Origin: Podarcis tiliguerta
Taxonomy: Eukaryota
NCBI GenBank assembly: GCA_965153285.1
Contig: OZ229110.1
Length of the DNA stretch: 64,000 bases
Direction: 5' to 3' (one strand)
In this document: piece after piece, positions 11,921-23,168 of the stretch
Layout: each line of letters starts with the position of its first letter
Numbering within the stretch: position 1 is the first letter of the stretch
Program-made: the position numbers and the translations under genes
Notes under the pieces: generated by a model
What the model was told of the DNA's origin: nothing
Database searches by the model: none
What the model saw: the letters and a program-made list of their open reading frames with translations, nothing else

Positions 11921-12462
11921 CTAACCTGCATCAGGTTGTTGTGTGGATAAAATGGGGAAAAGGGGATCCCCCTTCAGGTCTCGGTAGAACAGAATAAAAA
12001 TTTAATAAAATGTACAATTCATTACATTTTTAGAATTAATGTAATTATTTCACAATAGCAGCTGTGGTTATTTGCATGGTTAATTTGCAATTAGTGCCAG
12101 ACCAGCATATAATCTTATTTGTTGCCATGATGTTGATACTTTAAAAACACATGATCAGGCAAAAGTTTCTGAAGAGGTCAAACACCCAACCTTAGCCACT
12201 TATATTGATAACATATCAACAAGCCACTTCTAAATCTAGCATTTTCACATAAGATTGCACCAAGTTACTTCCAGAATGAAAACTGGATGGTTGAAAGGGC
12301 CATATTCATAGATCTTTGGTTAATTAAGAGCACAAGCATGAAACCTTCACTCTGAGGAACAAACACAAGAGTGTAGGAAATGGCCTTAATTCTTCAGAAC
12401 AGAAGCCAGCTAGTAATTGATGTTTTGTAGGAAGAAATGAATTCTCAGGGTGAATAAGTTAC

Positions 12463-12566
12463 CAAGTAGTAGCTGTGCTAGTCTGTTTCTGTTGCAGCAA
12501 ACACAACAAGGAGTCTTGAGGCACCTTAAAGATTAACAAATTTATTTTGTGGACCAAAGTCCACTA
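12463..12566 (-). mobile_element. Degraded Penelope-like pLTR fragment
   Basis: gtagctgtgctagtctg...ggcaccttaaagattaacaaatttatt..gtggaccaaagtccact resembles the 9068 element; the ribozyme core is deleted. Confidence 0.55.
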
Positions 12567-13703
12567 CTAGTTTCTTGAACTGGAACAAAACTAGTTCATT
12601 CTGATCAGCCCACCAACCCTAAGCCCAGACTACGCAAACTATCTGTGTACTGAAATAAGAAAATTCCTATATTTCTCCTATGCAAAGTTTTAGGAACATG
12701 CATTCTGTAGCTCATTCTTTTTCAGTATTTCCCACTAAAAATTGAAATAGAGCACAACATTTCCTTCTTCCCCTCCCCGCCCCCTGGCAACCTTATTTAC
12801 TAGGGGTACTCGAAAAATGAAATCTTAATATTCCATTTTTCGTCCAATTAAATAATGGCATCAGAACTACAGTACAACTCAGAGGCCATGCATTATTCCA
12901 TATTGGTTCTCAAAACACTAAAAATGGGACCTATAAAACTCAAATGAGCAATTACATGCTATGTTTCAAAACTTGGAGTGCTTTTCACCAGCTACGACAT
13001 TTATATCAAACACAGTTGACCAACACAGCAGGATATTCTACTCTTCCTATAAAGGTTGACTTGAATCTAAAATGTTATAATGGTCACATCTTTCAGAGGG
13101 TTGTGGGAGTAGCAAACTAATCTAAAACCTAGTGCACCAAGTTTTGAAGCCTTCAAAAATGAACAGAGGCTTGAATTCCTTTCTTCATTTTCTGTAGCAT
13201 TTGGATTTCTTATATACCTTAGTAAACTATTCTTAGGGAAGGTTATTGCAAAATTACGGATGACCTGACATGCAGAGTCTACACGGATCTACTGAGTAGT
13301 CACAAATGGAAATATGCATATACATACTGTTGGTCTTCATGCACGTTTATCCTGCAGCACAATATTAAAATAAGTGGTAACTGAAGAGATTTGGAAAAAA
13401 AGTTTTAAGATCAACAACTCTTCTTTTTCTAGCATTCTCCATTACTAAAACTTTACCACCAAATGGGGAAATCTTTAATAAATTTTTTTGTAACCGATTA
13501 CATTCCCACAAAACATACTGAAGGATCTATTTTGCACACAATTCGAATTATTGTGCAATGAAAAATTGACTGTCACGAAGGAGTTAATCTTTTCAAAGTA
13601 TCTATACTTTTGAAATATTAAAACATAACCCAAGGCTGGCCTAGTTCACTTACTGGCAGATTCTTAAATTTATGATCAAGGAGAATATTGAACTAAGTCT
13701 TAC

Positions 13704-13825
13704 CCATTTTTGAAGTACAAGACATGGGCTCTCTGAAGTCCTGTTTCTAAAAAATATCCAAGTTCTTGTTCATGTGCCGCAGGCCCTGGCTTAGGGCTTC
13801 TGTTCTGTATATTGGCCATGATTAC
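13704..13825 (-). CDS. TTC7B: TTC7B coding exon 5
   Basis: VIMANIQNRSPKPGPAAHEQELGYFLETGLQRAHVLYFKN(G); acceptor acccag, donor GG|gtaaga; 122 nt, ends phase 2. The gene continues beyond window position 1. Confidence 0.96.
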
Positions 13826-14589
13826 CTGGGTGATCACACAATGGAAGAAATCGAAATTACCCAAGTTACTACCTTTCTCCCAAGTCAACTTACACACACA
13901 GTATTGATCTTCATACGTTCCTTTTATCATCTCAATGTCTATATCCTGTTCCATATGTGACAATAGTGGTGGGTGCCCAAGAGAGGCTCTCACACTCCCT
14001 TCGTTGCGCAACTGCAACACAACAGTCCTGGTGTGCTGCCAGTAGGTTTTACTCCACAGCACAGGAGTTGCTGCCACCAACCTCCCACTTAATCTTGCAT
14101 CCCCAGATGGGAGGAAACCTGGGAGGCACTAAAGAAATCACTTTTCTAAAGGTTCTGAGCCACGGAAGAGTGTGCTGGTCATTACAACTCCAATCCAAAA
14201 CTTCTACTGATATGAATACCAAGTTTCTAAGTATGAGCATGTGGGGATTCTAAAACCCTGAGTTGGCAACCACACTCTCACTCCAGCAGTCAACTCTTAG
14301 CTTAGCATTGCATACCATCTGCAGATCTTGGTTAACAACAAAGCACTGGTTATTTGCTAAACTGTGCTCCTGGTTAGCTGCTCCTGTATTGACCATTGCT
14401 TTGTTATAAACCACAATCCCCAAGTCATCCATAACACTAAACAGAGATTCTTTGAAAGTGAAACTAAACTAAATGCATGAGCCCCATATTTTGCTCAGGC
14501 TCATGGAGTCTCATCAAGTTAGTGCTAAACCACGGTTTAGCATTACTTTCAAATAGGCTCACTATTTAGCCTTTGGCAACCTGAAATCC

Positions 14590-14836
14590 TCCTGCCAACC
14601 TAGCAGTTCGAAAGCACGTCAAAGTGCAAGTAGATAAATAGGTACCGCTCCGACTGGAAGGTAAACGGCATTTCCGTGCGCTGCTCTGGTTCGCCAGAAG
14701 TGGCTTAGTCATGCTGGCCACGTGACCCGGAAGCTGTACTCCGGCTCCCTCGGCCAATAAAGCGAGATGAGCGCCGCAACCCCAGAGTCGGCCACGACTG
14801 GACCTAATGGTCAGGGGTCCCTTTACCTTTACCTTT
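14590..14836 (+). mobile_element. Sauria SINE, 5'-truncated
   Basis: Diagnostic cctgccaacctagcagttcgaaagcac...gtgcaagtagataaataggtaccgct body and (ACCTTT)n tail. Confidence 0.9.
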
Positions 14837-17102
14837 AACCTGAAACCACTCCAGATATTCTGGACTCCCAACAGCATGGGTGCAGCTCCCTCCCCCCGAT
14901 CGAGTAAAACAATGTCCACTCACCCCCTCACGCGGTTTGCGACACCGCGTAGGATTACCTGGCCAGGTGCCACCCACCTGGCTACAGGGTGGCCATCGCC
15001 CTGCCCCCATCTCGGCCGGACAATGGGCTGGTGGCTGGGGGTGGGGTGAGGGCCAAGAAAAGGCCGATGCTGTTTGGCCCAGACTCACTTGCTTTTCTTC
15101 CTGGAAGCACTCCAGATATTTTGGACTCCCAACAGCATAGGCGCAGCTGCCCCCCAAGTCAAACAATAGAAATACTTAACCAACTGACCAATCATGTCAG
15201 TTATGCCCCTCCTAACGAAGTCCTGTCCCCGCAACAAAAATCCTGGCTACTTCCATGCCCAACAGCCCCAACTGGCGCAGCTGATGGAAGTTGTAGCCCT
15301 AAACATCTGGTTGGCAAAGGCTAGTCTAAACTGCTATAGCACTCAAAACTACTTCCATGCCCATCCTGTTCTCTCTTGCCTTTAACTGCATTTTATGTTA
15401 ATGTGATTCCATTTAATGGCCCAATTTGCTGCTTTCATCAATATTTCACTTCCTGGTCCCACTGTCCTGTTTTTATTTCTGTAACCGTTGCTTTCTTACT
15501 CTATTTTAGTGTTTTATGCCTAACTCTGAGGCTGGCAAAATGTTATAAACAAAGAAAGCAAGAACCCAAGTTGCTTAAACAAGTGGTGAACAGCTGTCGA
15601 GACCACTGAGGAAAGAATGGATTAAAAAGTTCTTTCGGAGGATTTTTATGTTTTAAAAACCAGGTCAACTCCAGTACATTCCTATGAAGTCAATTTAACA
15701 GGTTGGGAAAATGAAACACAAGGTCATAAATAAAATCCAGGAGTCTGCATATACTTCAGGACTACAAATTCTGTGTTATAGTTTAAGATTACACAACCAA
15801 TAAGCCACTCAGGCATGCCAGCTTTCATTAAGAACAAAGCTGCAACACATTTTCCACCACACACTTCTGGTACATTTTTGGGGAAAGATTCTTTTTACCA
15901 CGTGAACCCTTAGGAGTTTTCCTGCGAGTTACGCAAGCCACACTGTCATAACCTTGAGACAGTGATAAAAAGTCACAGCATTCTGAACAAAAAGTGCTGA
16001 ACAGCACATGATGTTGGATTATTTTCAGCTGGAATGTGTAAAGAAATGAGCCATCAATAGGAGCTCAGTTCCAGCAAATAATGAGATATCCTATTCTGGC
16101 ATGCAGCCAGATTTATTAAAATAATGCACACAGGGGTCAAAGAATGAGTTATTTAATCTTCAGTAAATGTCTCCAAATAGTGAATTAGGCATTAAAGCTG
16201 TAAATTAATGCTTTACTTAAAGTAACAAGAGGTGCTATATTTTAGATGGCACACAAGTTTCTGGAAATTTCAGGAGAAATTGAAGTGCAGAATTGCATTG
16301 CTGATCACAATATGCTACTGATAATTTTTTTAATCAAAATCATGCATAAATCAAAACTGGCATGCTCTCAGCATCTCACCCAGATCTTTCTCTTTTCACT
16401 AATACCTGGAATGCAAAAGCTAGGACAGACTGACATCCTCGAAGTAACCTTTTGAATTTATGGCCAAGGTAGGTTTTTAATCAAGATCAGTACCATACTG
16501 AAGCACACCAACACTGCTACTTTTCCCTGAGGTGGTTCAGGAATCACAAGAAACTACTGAGCTACAGCCCTTCTCAATGTGAATATGTCTTATTAAACAA
16601 GAAAGCTTAATAACCTATGGTTTGAAGCTAGTTTGCTTAGAAACTAATCATGGTTCGTTGTAAAACGGGGTCCCCGTTTCTTATGTAACACCAAGCAGAC
16701 ATTCTCCCCCCAATGCAGAAGGCCAAGGGGGTATGTCTAATGCTTTGTCTGAGTGCACAGAAACTCATCCACACAGCACAAAACCATAATTTGTCATTAT
16801 ATGCTAATGTGGCTCGTGTGAAGGAACATTTTCTTAGCACAAGTGCTGGCCTAATGGAACGATCCAGTCCTTTCCAGCTCTATAGTCCTCTTTCACAAAC
16901 CAAAGTATGTACATGAATTTATACAGTTAAAACTAGTCCAAGTAAGTAAACATAAATTTAGTTTTTCGATCTTTAGGTTTCATGAATAAACATGATGGAC
17001 GATACGGCCCTAAGTTATATAAAAATGATTTAATAGCATTTTATACCAGTGAATATGTGCAATGTGCTTTATAGGTATTTTCTGCAATCCTTATGATCTG
17101 GG

Positions 17103-17378
17103 AGTATGGTGTGGTTTAGTGGTTAGAGCAGGCATAGGCAAACTTGGCCCTCCAGATGTTTTGGACTACAACTCCCATCATCCCTAACAGGACCAGTGGT
17201 CAGGGATGATGGGAGTTGTAGTCCCAAAACATCTGGAGGGCAGAGTTTACCTGTGCCTGGGTTAGAGTGTTGGACTCTGGGAGTCTAGGGTTCAAATCCC
17301 TTCTCAGCCATGAAACTCATTGGGTGACCTTTAGCCAATCACTGGTTTTCAGTCTAACCTATCTCACAGGGCTGTGAT
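17103..17378 (+). mobile_element. Older tRNA/CORE-type SINE interrupted by the hAT MITE
   Basis: A-box gtggtttagtggttagag, B box GGTTCAAATCC, gggtgaccttt.. core; split at the GGTTAGAG TSD. Confidence 0.7.
17129..17259. mobile_element. Palindromic hAT MITE
   Basis: TIR CAGGCATAGGCAAACT; almost fully self-complementary; perfect 8-bp TSD GGTTAGAG (17121-17128, 17260-17267). Confidence 0.92.
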
Positions 17379-17629
17379 GGTGACTGTTATTATAATTTCT
17401 TACCTGCCCTTCAACCTAAGGTGGCAGGGTTGGTTACAACAATAAAAACACAATGTTAAAAAAAGTTTAGAACAACGTACATTTTAATGTCGTGAGCATT
17501 AAAAGGGGGAAGGGGAGAACCATGCATATCACCTTGAGCTTACCTTGAAGAGGACTGCACTAGGCATTATGTCCTACTATGGAATAAATCACATCCAATA
17601 TTTCAACTGAACTAGATATTCCATCTTAC

Positions 17630-17760
17630 CCTTTCTATCTCCTGGAGGTACAGAAGGGCTATATCCCCGGCCTTCTCATAGCACATAATAATTTCTTGTT
17701 CACGATCTGCATGGAGGTTACTTGTTGAAGAGGAAATTGGCAACTTTTCTAGACAAAGAC
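17630..17760 (-). CDS. TTC7B: TTC7B coding exon 4
   Basis: Translated by hand (not in ORF track): (G)LCLEKLPISSSTSNLHADREQEIIMCYEKAGDIALLYLQEIER; acceptor ttttctttttag, donor AGG|gtaaga; 131 nt, phase 1 to 0. Confidence 0.96.
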
Positions 17761-18963
17761 CTAAAAAGAAAAGATATTTCAATGAAAATAAAATAATCAG
17801 GGGCTAAGGCAGTCTGTTTTCACTGGCCAAGCAGAGAAACCAATACAATAGTTAATTGTGCTGTAGTGTCCTTGTAAACTTCTATACCTAACAGAAAAAC
17901 CAGGGGTATATCTGATTTGAGAAAATCCATGGATAAAGCAAAGCACGTCTCTCCCCCCCCCCCCCGCCACCTTTTTCCAGATTGTGGCAGACCTACTGTT
18001 TGGAAAACTAAATTAACTTCTGTGCATGTAGTTTATTGGATGATAGTCCAAAATGTATGACTGCATATGTAACAATATCCATTATATATTTTGGAAGGTG
18101 GTTTCTCTGTTCACTATGCATTTGGACACCTCTAAGGAAACCCTTACAAAATTTTGCATGACAGTTTCTGAGATCGAAGAGCAGGTTTTTGTCTATGTTC
18201 AGGCAGTGGTCTCTACCTTTCAAAACTGACCTAATTTTTTGCTTTCTTAGAATTCCCAAGCGATGCTAGGTACAAGGCTGCTAGTAGGTACGTTTGTTCT
18301 GCTAGAGGTAAATTATTCTATACTTACTGAAATCAGGGAGGAAAATACAACACTGGAGGAGGCAGTGCTGGGCTTAGGAAACAACAAACTGTAAAACTGA
18401 ATTCCTAGCTCCTTATTTATTGAATAAAAGAAGGCTTCAGTGCTTAATAGGCTAACATTTGTTTCTGGTAATAAAATAAGCGTTTTTAAATCTATCATAG
18501 AATATCACAAGAGGCAAGAAATTAGAAATGATGGGAAACTCCATAACGCTTGTTCTCATTGTATTTGGACAGGAAAGTGGAGTGGAGTAAAAGGCCAATG
18601 GCCTCTTAAGGCCAAGAGACAGATGGACGGAGGTTTCTCCAAGTGTGCAATCATCATGGTTTACAGGCAACAGTGGAAAGGCTGGAGGAGGGAGCACTTA
18701 ATGTGTGACGTAGGTCTCTGGACAGCTCCTAGGAGCAACACAAGTGAAGAGAGCTGTCCTCATCCTATCTGACCAAGCTATCTCTGGGCATCAATCCATA
18801 CCAGTGTTACCCAGATGCATTAGGGAAGCGCCTGTCAATTAACAATGCCCTATTTGACAATAGTTTGGTTCCCTGTGACCCCCTCTTAAGGAGCAAGTTT
18901 TCCCAGAAACCGCCCTTTTGCTAGCATGTCACTGCCAATACCTCGTTTTGCTTGTTGCAAGTA

Positions 18964-19197
18964 CAGTTGTACCTTGGAAGTCAAACAGAATCTGTTCTAG
19001 AAGTCCATTCGACTTCCAAAGCTTTCGCTTCCAAAGCGCGGCTTCTGATTGGCTGCAGGAAGCTCCTGCAGCCAATTGGAAGGCATGGAAGCCCCTTTGG
19101 ATGTTTGACTTTCAAAAGAACAGTCACTTCCAGGTTTGGATCATTCGGGAGCCAAAACATTCCAGAACTTGGCTGTTCAAAAACCAAGGTCTGAATG
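18964..19197 (+). mobile_element. Tc1/mariner MITE, family B copy 1
   Basis: TA-CAGTTGTACCTTGGAAGTC start; internal hairpin gattggctgcagga...cctgcagccaatt; homologous to 25763-26012. Confidence 0.8.
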
Positions 19198-20389
19198 TAT
19201 AAGGGAGAGTAGGTTTTCAAAACAACTTTGCAACATTAACTTGTCTGCAAAAATCTACTCATTTCACTCAAGCCAAACAATCCTTTCGTAGGGTGACTTT
19301 TACCTTAATCTTTTTCCTAGATCAGAGACATTTTTAAAAGCATTAAAATTAATTTTAACATCTACCCACCCCTTCAAACTCGAATACTGTTAAATAGGAA
19401 GCCTATCAAGTATCCTACACTCCTACCACACTAGGCAGCAAAATCTCTTCGCAGCTATATGACCAGCAGTTGGACTGAACTGTGCAGGGCATGCAAGCGC
19501 TCAGATTAATTTTAGACATTATTTAGAATCAGTTGTCAATGCTGCCACTGAGTCTGCTCTCTCTGAAGAAAAACAAACCACATAGATGGCAAATGTTTGC
19601 TCTTCCAGACAAAAGAAGCAATTCCAAATGCATCAAGGCATGAAAAATTCTATACCCCAATGCACAGAATCTGCTGTGTTCTCAAAACAATGACCCAGCT
19701 TTCTGTTATGCACGCACACTGCAGAACACATCTTGATGCTGGGGCAACACTGCCACCTATAGAAACTACGTCAGTATTGCACAGGGGGAAACGACCCAAA
19801 CCTATAATTGCCCGTTTTTAACTTCTAGATGCTATTCATAATGATAAAGTACGTCAGCACGAATATAGAAGGAAGATACTTTTGTAGAAGGGAACATCAA
19901 GACATATTCCAAAAAGGAGTTATCTGAAACCAACATCCCTGACAGGATGGCTGCAGGAAGCCTTGAAAATGTACAATTCTCAACTCAGATTCAATGTTTT
20001 TGCTGGGAATCTGGGGTATATTCCAAAATCACAGATGAAGGTTTGATTAGACAACCTATTCCTGCAAACTTTCCACCCTTGTCTATTCCTAGACTATAAA
20101 TAATGACCCCAAGCACACAAAGAAAAGCCATACATATCATACCATGCCTTACAATAAATACCAATAATTTACAATGATGCAATTGTCATTAGAGCAGTTT
20201 ATTTCCATAACCTGCTTGCAAAAGGTACCTACAACTGATTTTCTGGGATTCTACATCCCACCCCCATTTAATGGGACCCCTCATCCTTGGAAGAGACTGG
20301 GGCAGGAAAGTCAGCTCCCACCAGCCCCTTCAGTGCACTTTTTCCTGGATCCAACCCATATTAATCAATGTATTCAAAGAACAACAGAG

Positions 20390-20520
20390 TAATAATAATA
20401 TTTCATTATTTATACCCCACCCATCTGGCTGGGTTACCCCAGCCACCCTGGGCGGCTTCCAACACATGTAAAAACATAATAAAACATCAAACATTAAAAA
20501 CTTCCTGATACAGGGCTGCC
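20390..20520 (-). mobile_element. L2 3'-tail fragment
   Basis: Reverse complement of the 51400-51530 L2 tail; similar fragments at ~36815-36920, 23460-23680 and 36190-36480. Confidence 0.7.
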
Positions 20521-21110
20521 TGAATTTGAGTTCCTTTGCTGAAACAAAAGCATGTCTCTAATTCAATGAGTTTTCAGCTTGTAGTTTTAGTGAACTTAAA
20601 CTAAGTTAAGCATAACGTTCCTCAAAAGTATTCCTGATAACATGATCAAAATAACTGCTTGTAAATCCCCATCTACTTGCATGAATAGTGTAAAGTCAGA
20701 GCCACAGATTCATACTAGATTGCACCTCCTCTTCTGTGAGATGGAAAAACCAAAAGTTGCAATGTACCAGTTTGGGGGAAGAGAAGGTGTGATCTGGTGC
20801 ATATCTATGGCTCCAAGATGATGATCACACAAGTCACAGCTTGCTTGCTTGTTGGAACCAACCGTGGTGCCTTTTGAATTAACAGGTTAACACTGAGAGT
20901 GGGACATACTTTGACCAAGATGTGTATGCATTAATCTGAATTACTAGTTTTCTTATCTTTGCTTCTTGCAAAGAATCATGCTTCTTCCTATGCAGCCAAA
21001 ATGTTAACAGAAACAAGCATCACCAAGTTTCAATTTGGTCACATGTGCAATGTATTTTATTTGAAGGGGATGCGGGAGAAAAATCATGGAAGAACTGAAA
21101 GTCGTCTTAC

Positions 21111-21279
21111 CTTTGGTAGAATATGCTTCAGCTATCATCCTCAGCCGATAAGGAGGTACAGCTACTAGCTGCAAGCCATCGAGACCCACTCTCGCATATA
21201 TGTTAAGAGCTTCTTTGTAATCACCTTCCATATAGTTTGATTTGGCCATAACCAAGTTGGCTTCTTGTAAGAACTCTGG
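21111..21279 (-). CDS. TTC7B: TTC7B coding exon 3
   Basis: PEFLQEANLVMAKSNYMEGDYKEALNIYARVGLDGLQLVAVPPYRLRMIAEAYSTK(G); acceptor tttctttcctccag, donor G|gtaaga; 169 nt, phase 0 to 1. Confidence 0.96.
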
Positions 21280-21825
21280 CTGGAGGAAAGAAATTGCATA
21301 TATTTACTCCAAGAAAACACAGCATTATCTGCATTCTTACCTTGTCCAAACACTCTATCTAGCATTGTGTATAGTTTTATATTCTAAAAATGAGGAATCG
21401 TTGCAACTGAAAACACAGGAAATAACTACACTCATGAAATTTATTTTTAACACAGTCGCAAAAACATCCTACATAACATTTCACCTTGCAGCAAAAATGC
21501 AGCTGTGAAAATTGCATAACCGAAATAAAAATACCAAACAAGAGGAAGAAAAATGAACTAATTAGCTTTTTCCCTAAATGAACAGTTGCTACCATTAATT
21601 TTATTATTTCAAAATACCAGCTAAATAGCACTTTTATGCTCTGTTCCCAGCTCCTTTCTGCACAGCACAGCCCTTTATCTGCATAGCCCCATCCTGGGTT
21701 TTATTCCTTTGTCCATTAGTGTGCCGCAACACTGGGGGGGGGGGGGGGATGCTGGGAATTTGCTGTTAGATTGCTGGATGAAACTGTAAGGATGAAACTG
21801 TAATAAAATTTAACAAATGACCATT

Positions 21826-22171
21826 AAAGGTAAAGGGACCCCTGACCATTAGGTCCAGTTGCAGTCGACTCCGGGGTTGTGGCGCTCATCTTGCTTTATT
21901 GACGGAGGGAGCCGGCGTTTATCCGCAGAGCTTCCAGATCATTGGCCAGCATGACTAAGCCACTTCTGGCCAACCAGAGCAGCGCACGGAAACACTGTTT
22001 ACCTTCCCACTGGAGCGGTACCTATTTTCTACTTGCACTTTGACGAGCTTTCGAACTGCTAGGTGGGCAGGAACAGGGACTGGGCAACGGGAGCGGGGAT
22101 TCAAACCACCGACCTTCCGATCAGCAAGCCAAAGAGGCTCAGTGATTTAGACCACAGTGCCACCCGCATCC
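21826..22171 (-). mobile_element. Sauria SINE, near full length
   Basis: Reverse complement of the Sauria SINE with tRNA head and (ACCTTT)n tail; same subfamily as 14590. Confidence 0.9.
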
Positions 22172-23013
22172 ATTATTAGACACCAAATACCTACTGTAAA
22201 TAATTCTAAAGCGAAATGAAGCCTGATGGGCAGAGCCATCATCACTATTGCTCCCCCTCCGTCCTCAGACAGCCCAAAAAGGAGCTCCTGGCAATGAACT
22301 GAGCCAGCCAACAGGTGGAGCTCAATTCTTGTAGCAAATACAACCTGTGAGAGCACAGAACTGAACCTATCAGATGACATAGGCAGCAAGAAAGCCTACT
22401 TTGCTGCATCATCAGTGAACCACCCAGCAGAGCCTTCTTGAGTGGTGAATGGGCTACTGAAGTCCAGGCAGAAACAGCTAGTCACCCAATAGCCTTTGGT
22501 GATAGATTTGTAAAGCACTTTGAGGTGTCAGGTTCATATGCAATTGGAACTCAACGCCACAATTGCTGCCAGTCCAGCGGAAGGTAGTCAATCACTTTTT
22601 TGTCATATTTTGTGGAATCGGTTTGCTATAGTAACCCAACGATGTGGACAGGGTGTTTGCAGGGGTCAGGCAAGCCATGCACTCTCTTGATCCTTGCACA
22701 ACATGGCGGGTGAGATTAAGTAGAAAGGGATAGACCGTGTGGATCCAGGAAGTGGTTAATGCCTCATAACGTTGTGCGGCGGGTTAACAGAAGGTTTGTG
22801 GTTTAAGACATTTTAAGGACTGTGTACACTATTCGGAGCTCCCAGCTGGGAAGAAGGGCAGTATGGAAATAAGAATGTAGAAAATGTGTTCACCTCGGAA
22901 AATCCAAACACAGCAATGGAAAAATATTTCTCAACCCTGATTCCAAAAGCCTGATGCAGACTTTATTTGTTAACTCAAAAATTCCCAGATACTGTTTTAG
23001 AAGTGGCCAGTAC

Positions 23014-23168
23014 CTTTAGGTTTCCTCGGTCAAGCGCTGCAGTGAGGTGCTTCCTGACTTCAATTAACTTTGGCCGGGGACCACAGGGGCTCGAGCCCTG
23101 CTTAAGAGGGTTCTCCTTCAGAAAAAGTTCCAGCTTGGATTCGCCAAGGAGGAGCTCTGCCATGTCAT
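23014..23168 (-). CDS. TTC7B: TTC7B coding exon 2
   Basis: (D)DMAELLLGESKLELFLKENPLKQGSSPCGPRPKLIEVRKHLTAALDRGNLK; acceptor ctctctccctag, donor AAG|gtactg; 155 nt, phase 1 to 0. Confidence 0.96.

Noticed and set aside
12463-12566. Second hammerhead ribozyme
   Set aside because: Only a stem II remnant survives; the CUGANGA and GAAA core elements are missing.
31-13703. Canonical TTC7B exon 6 (NLTRGVGRF…)
   Set aside because: Not found by eye in this interval; it presumably lies left of the window.
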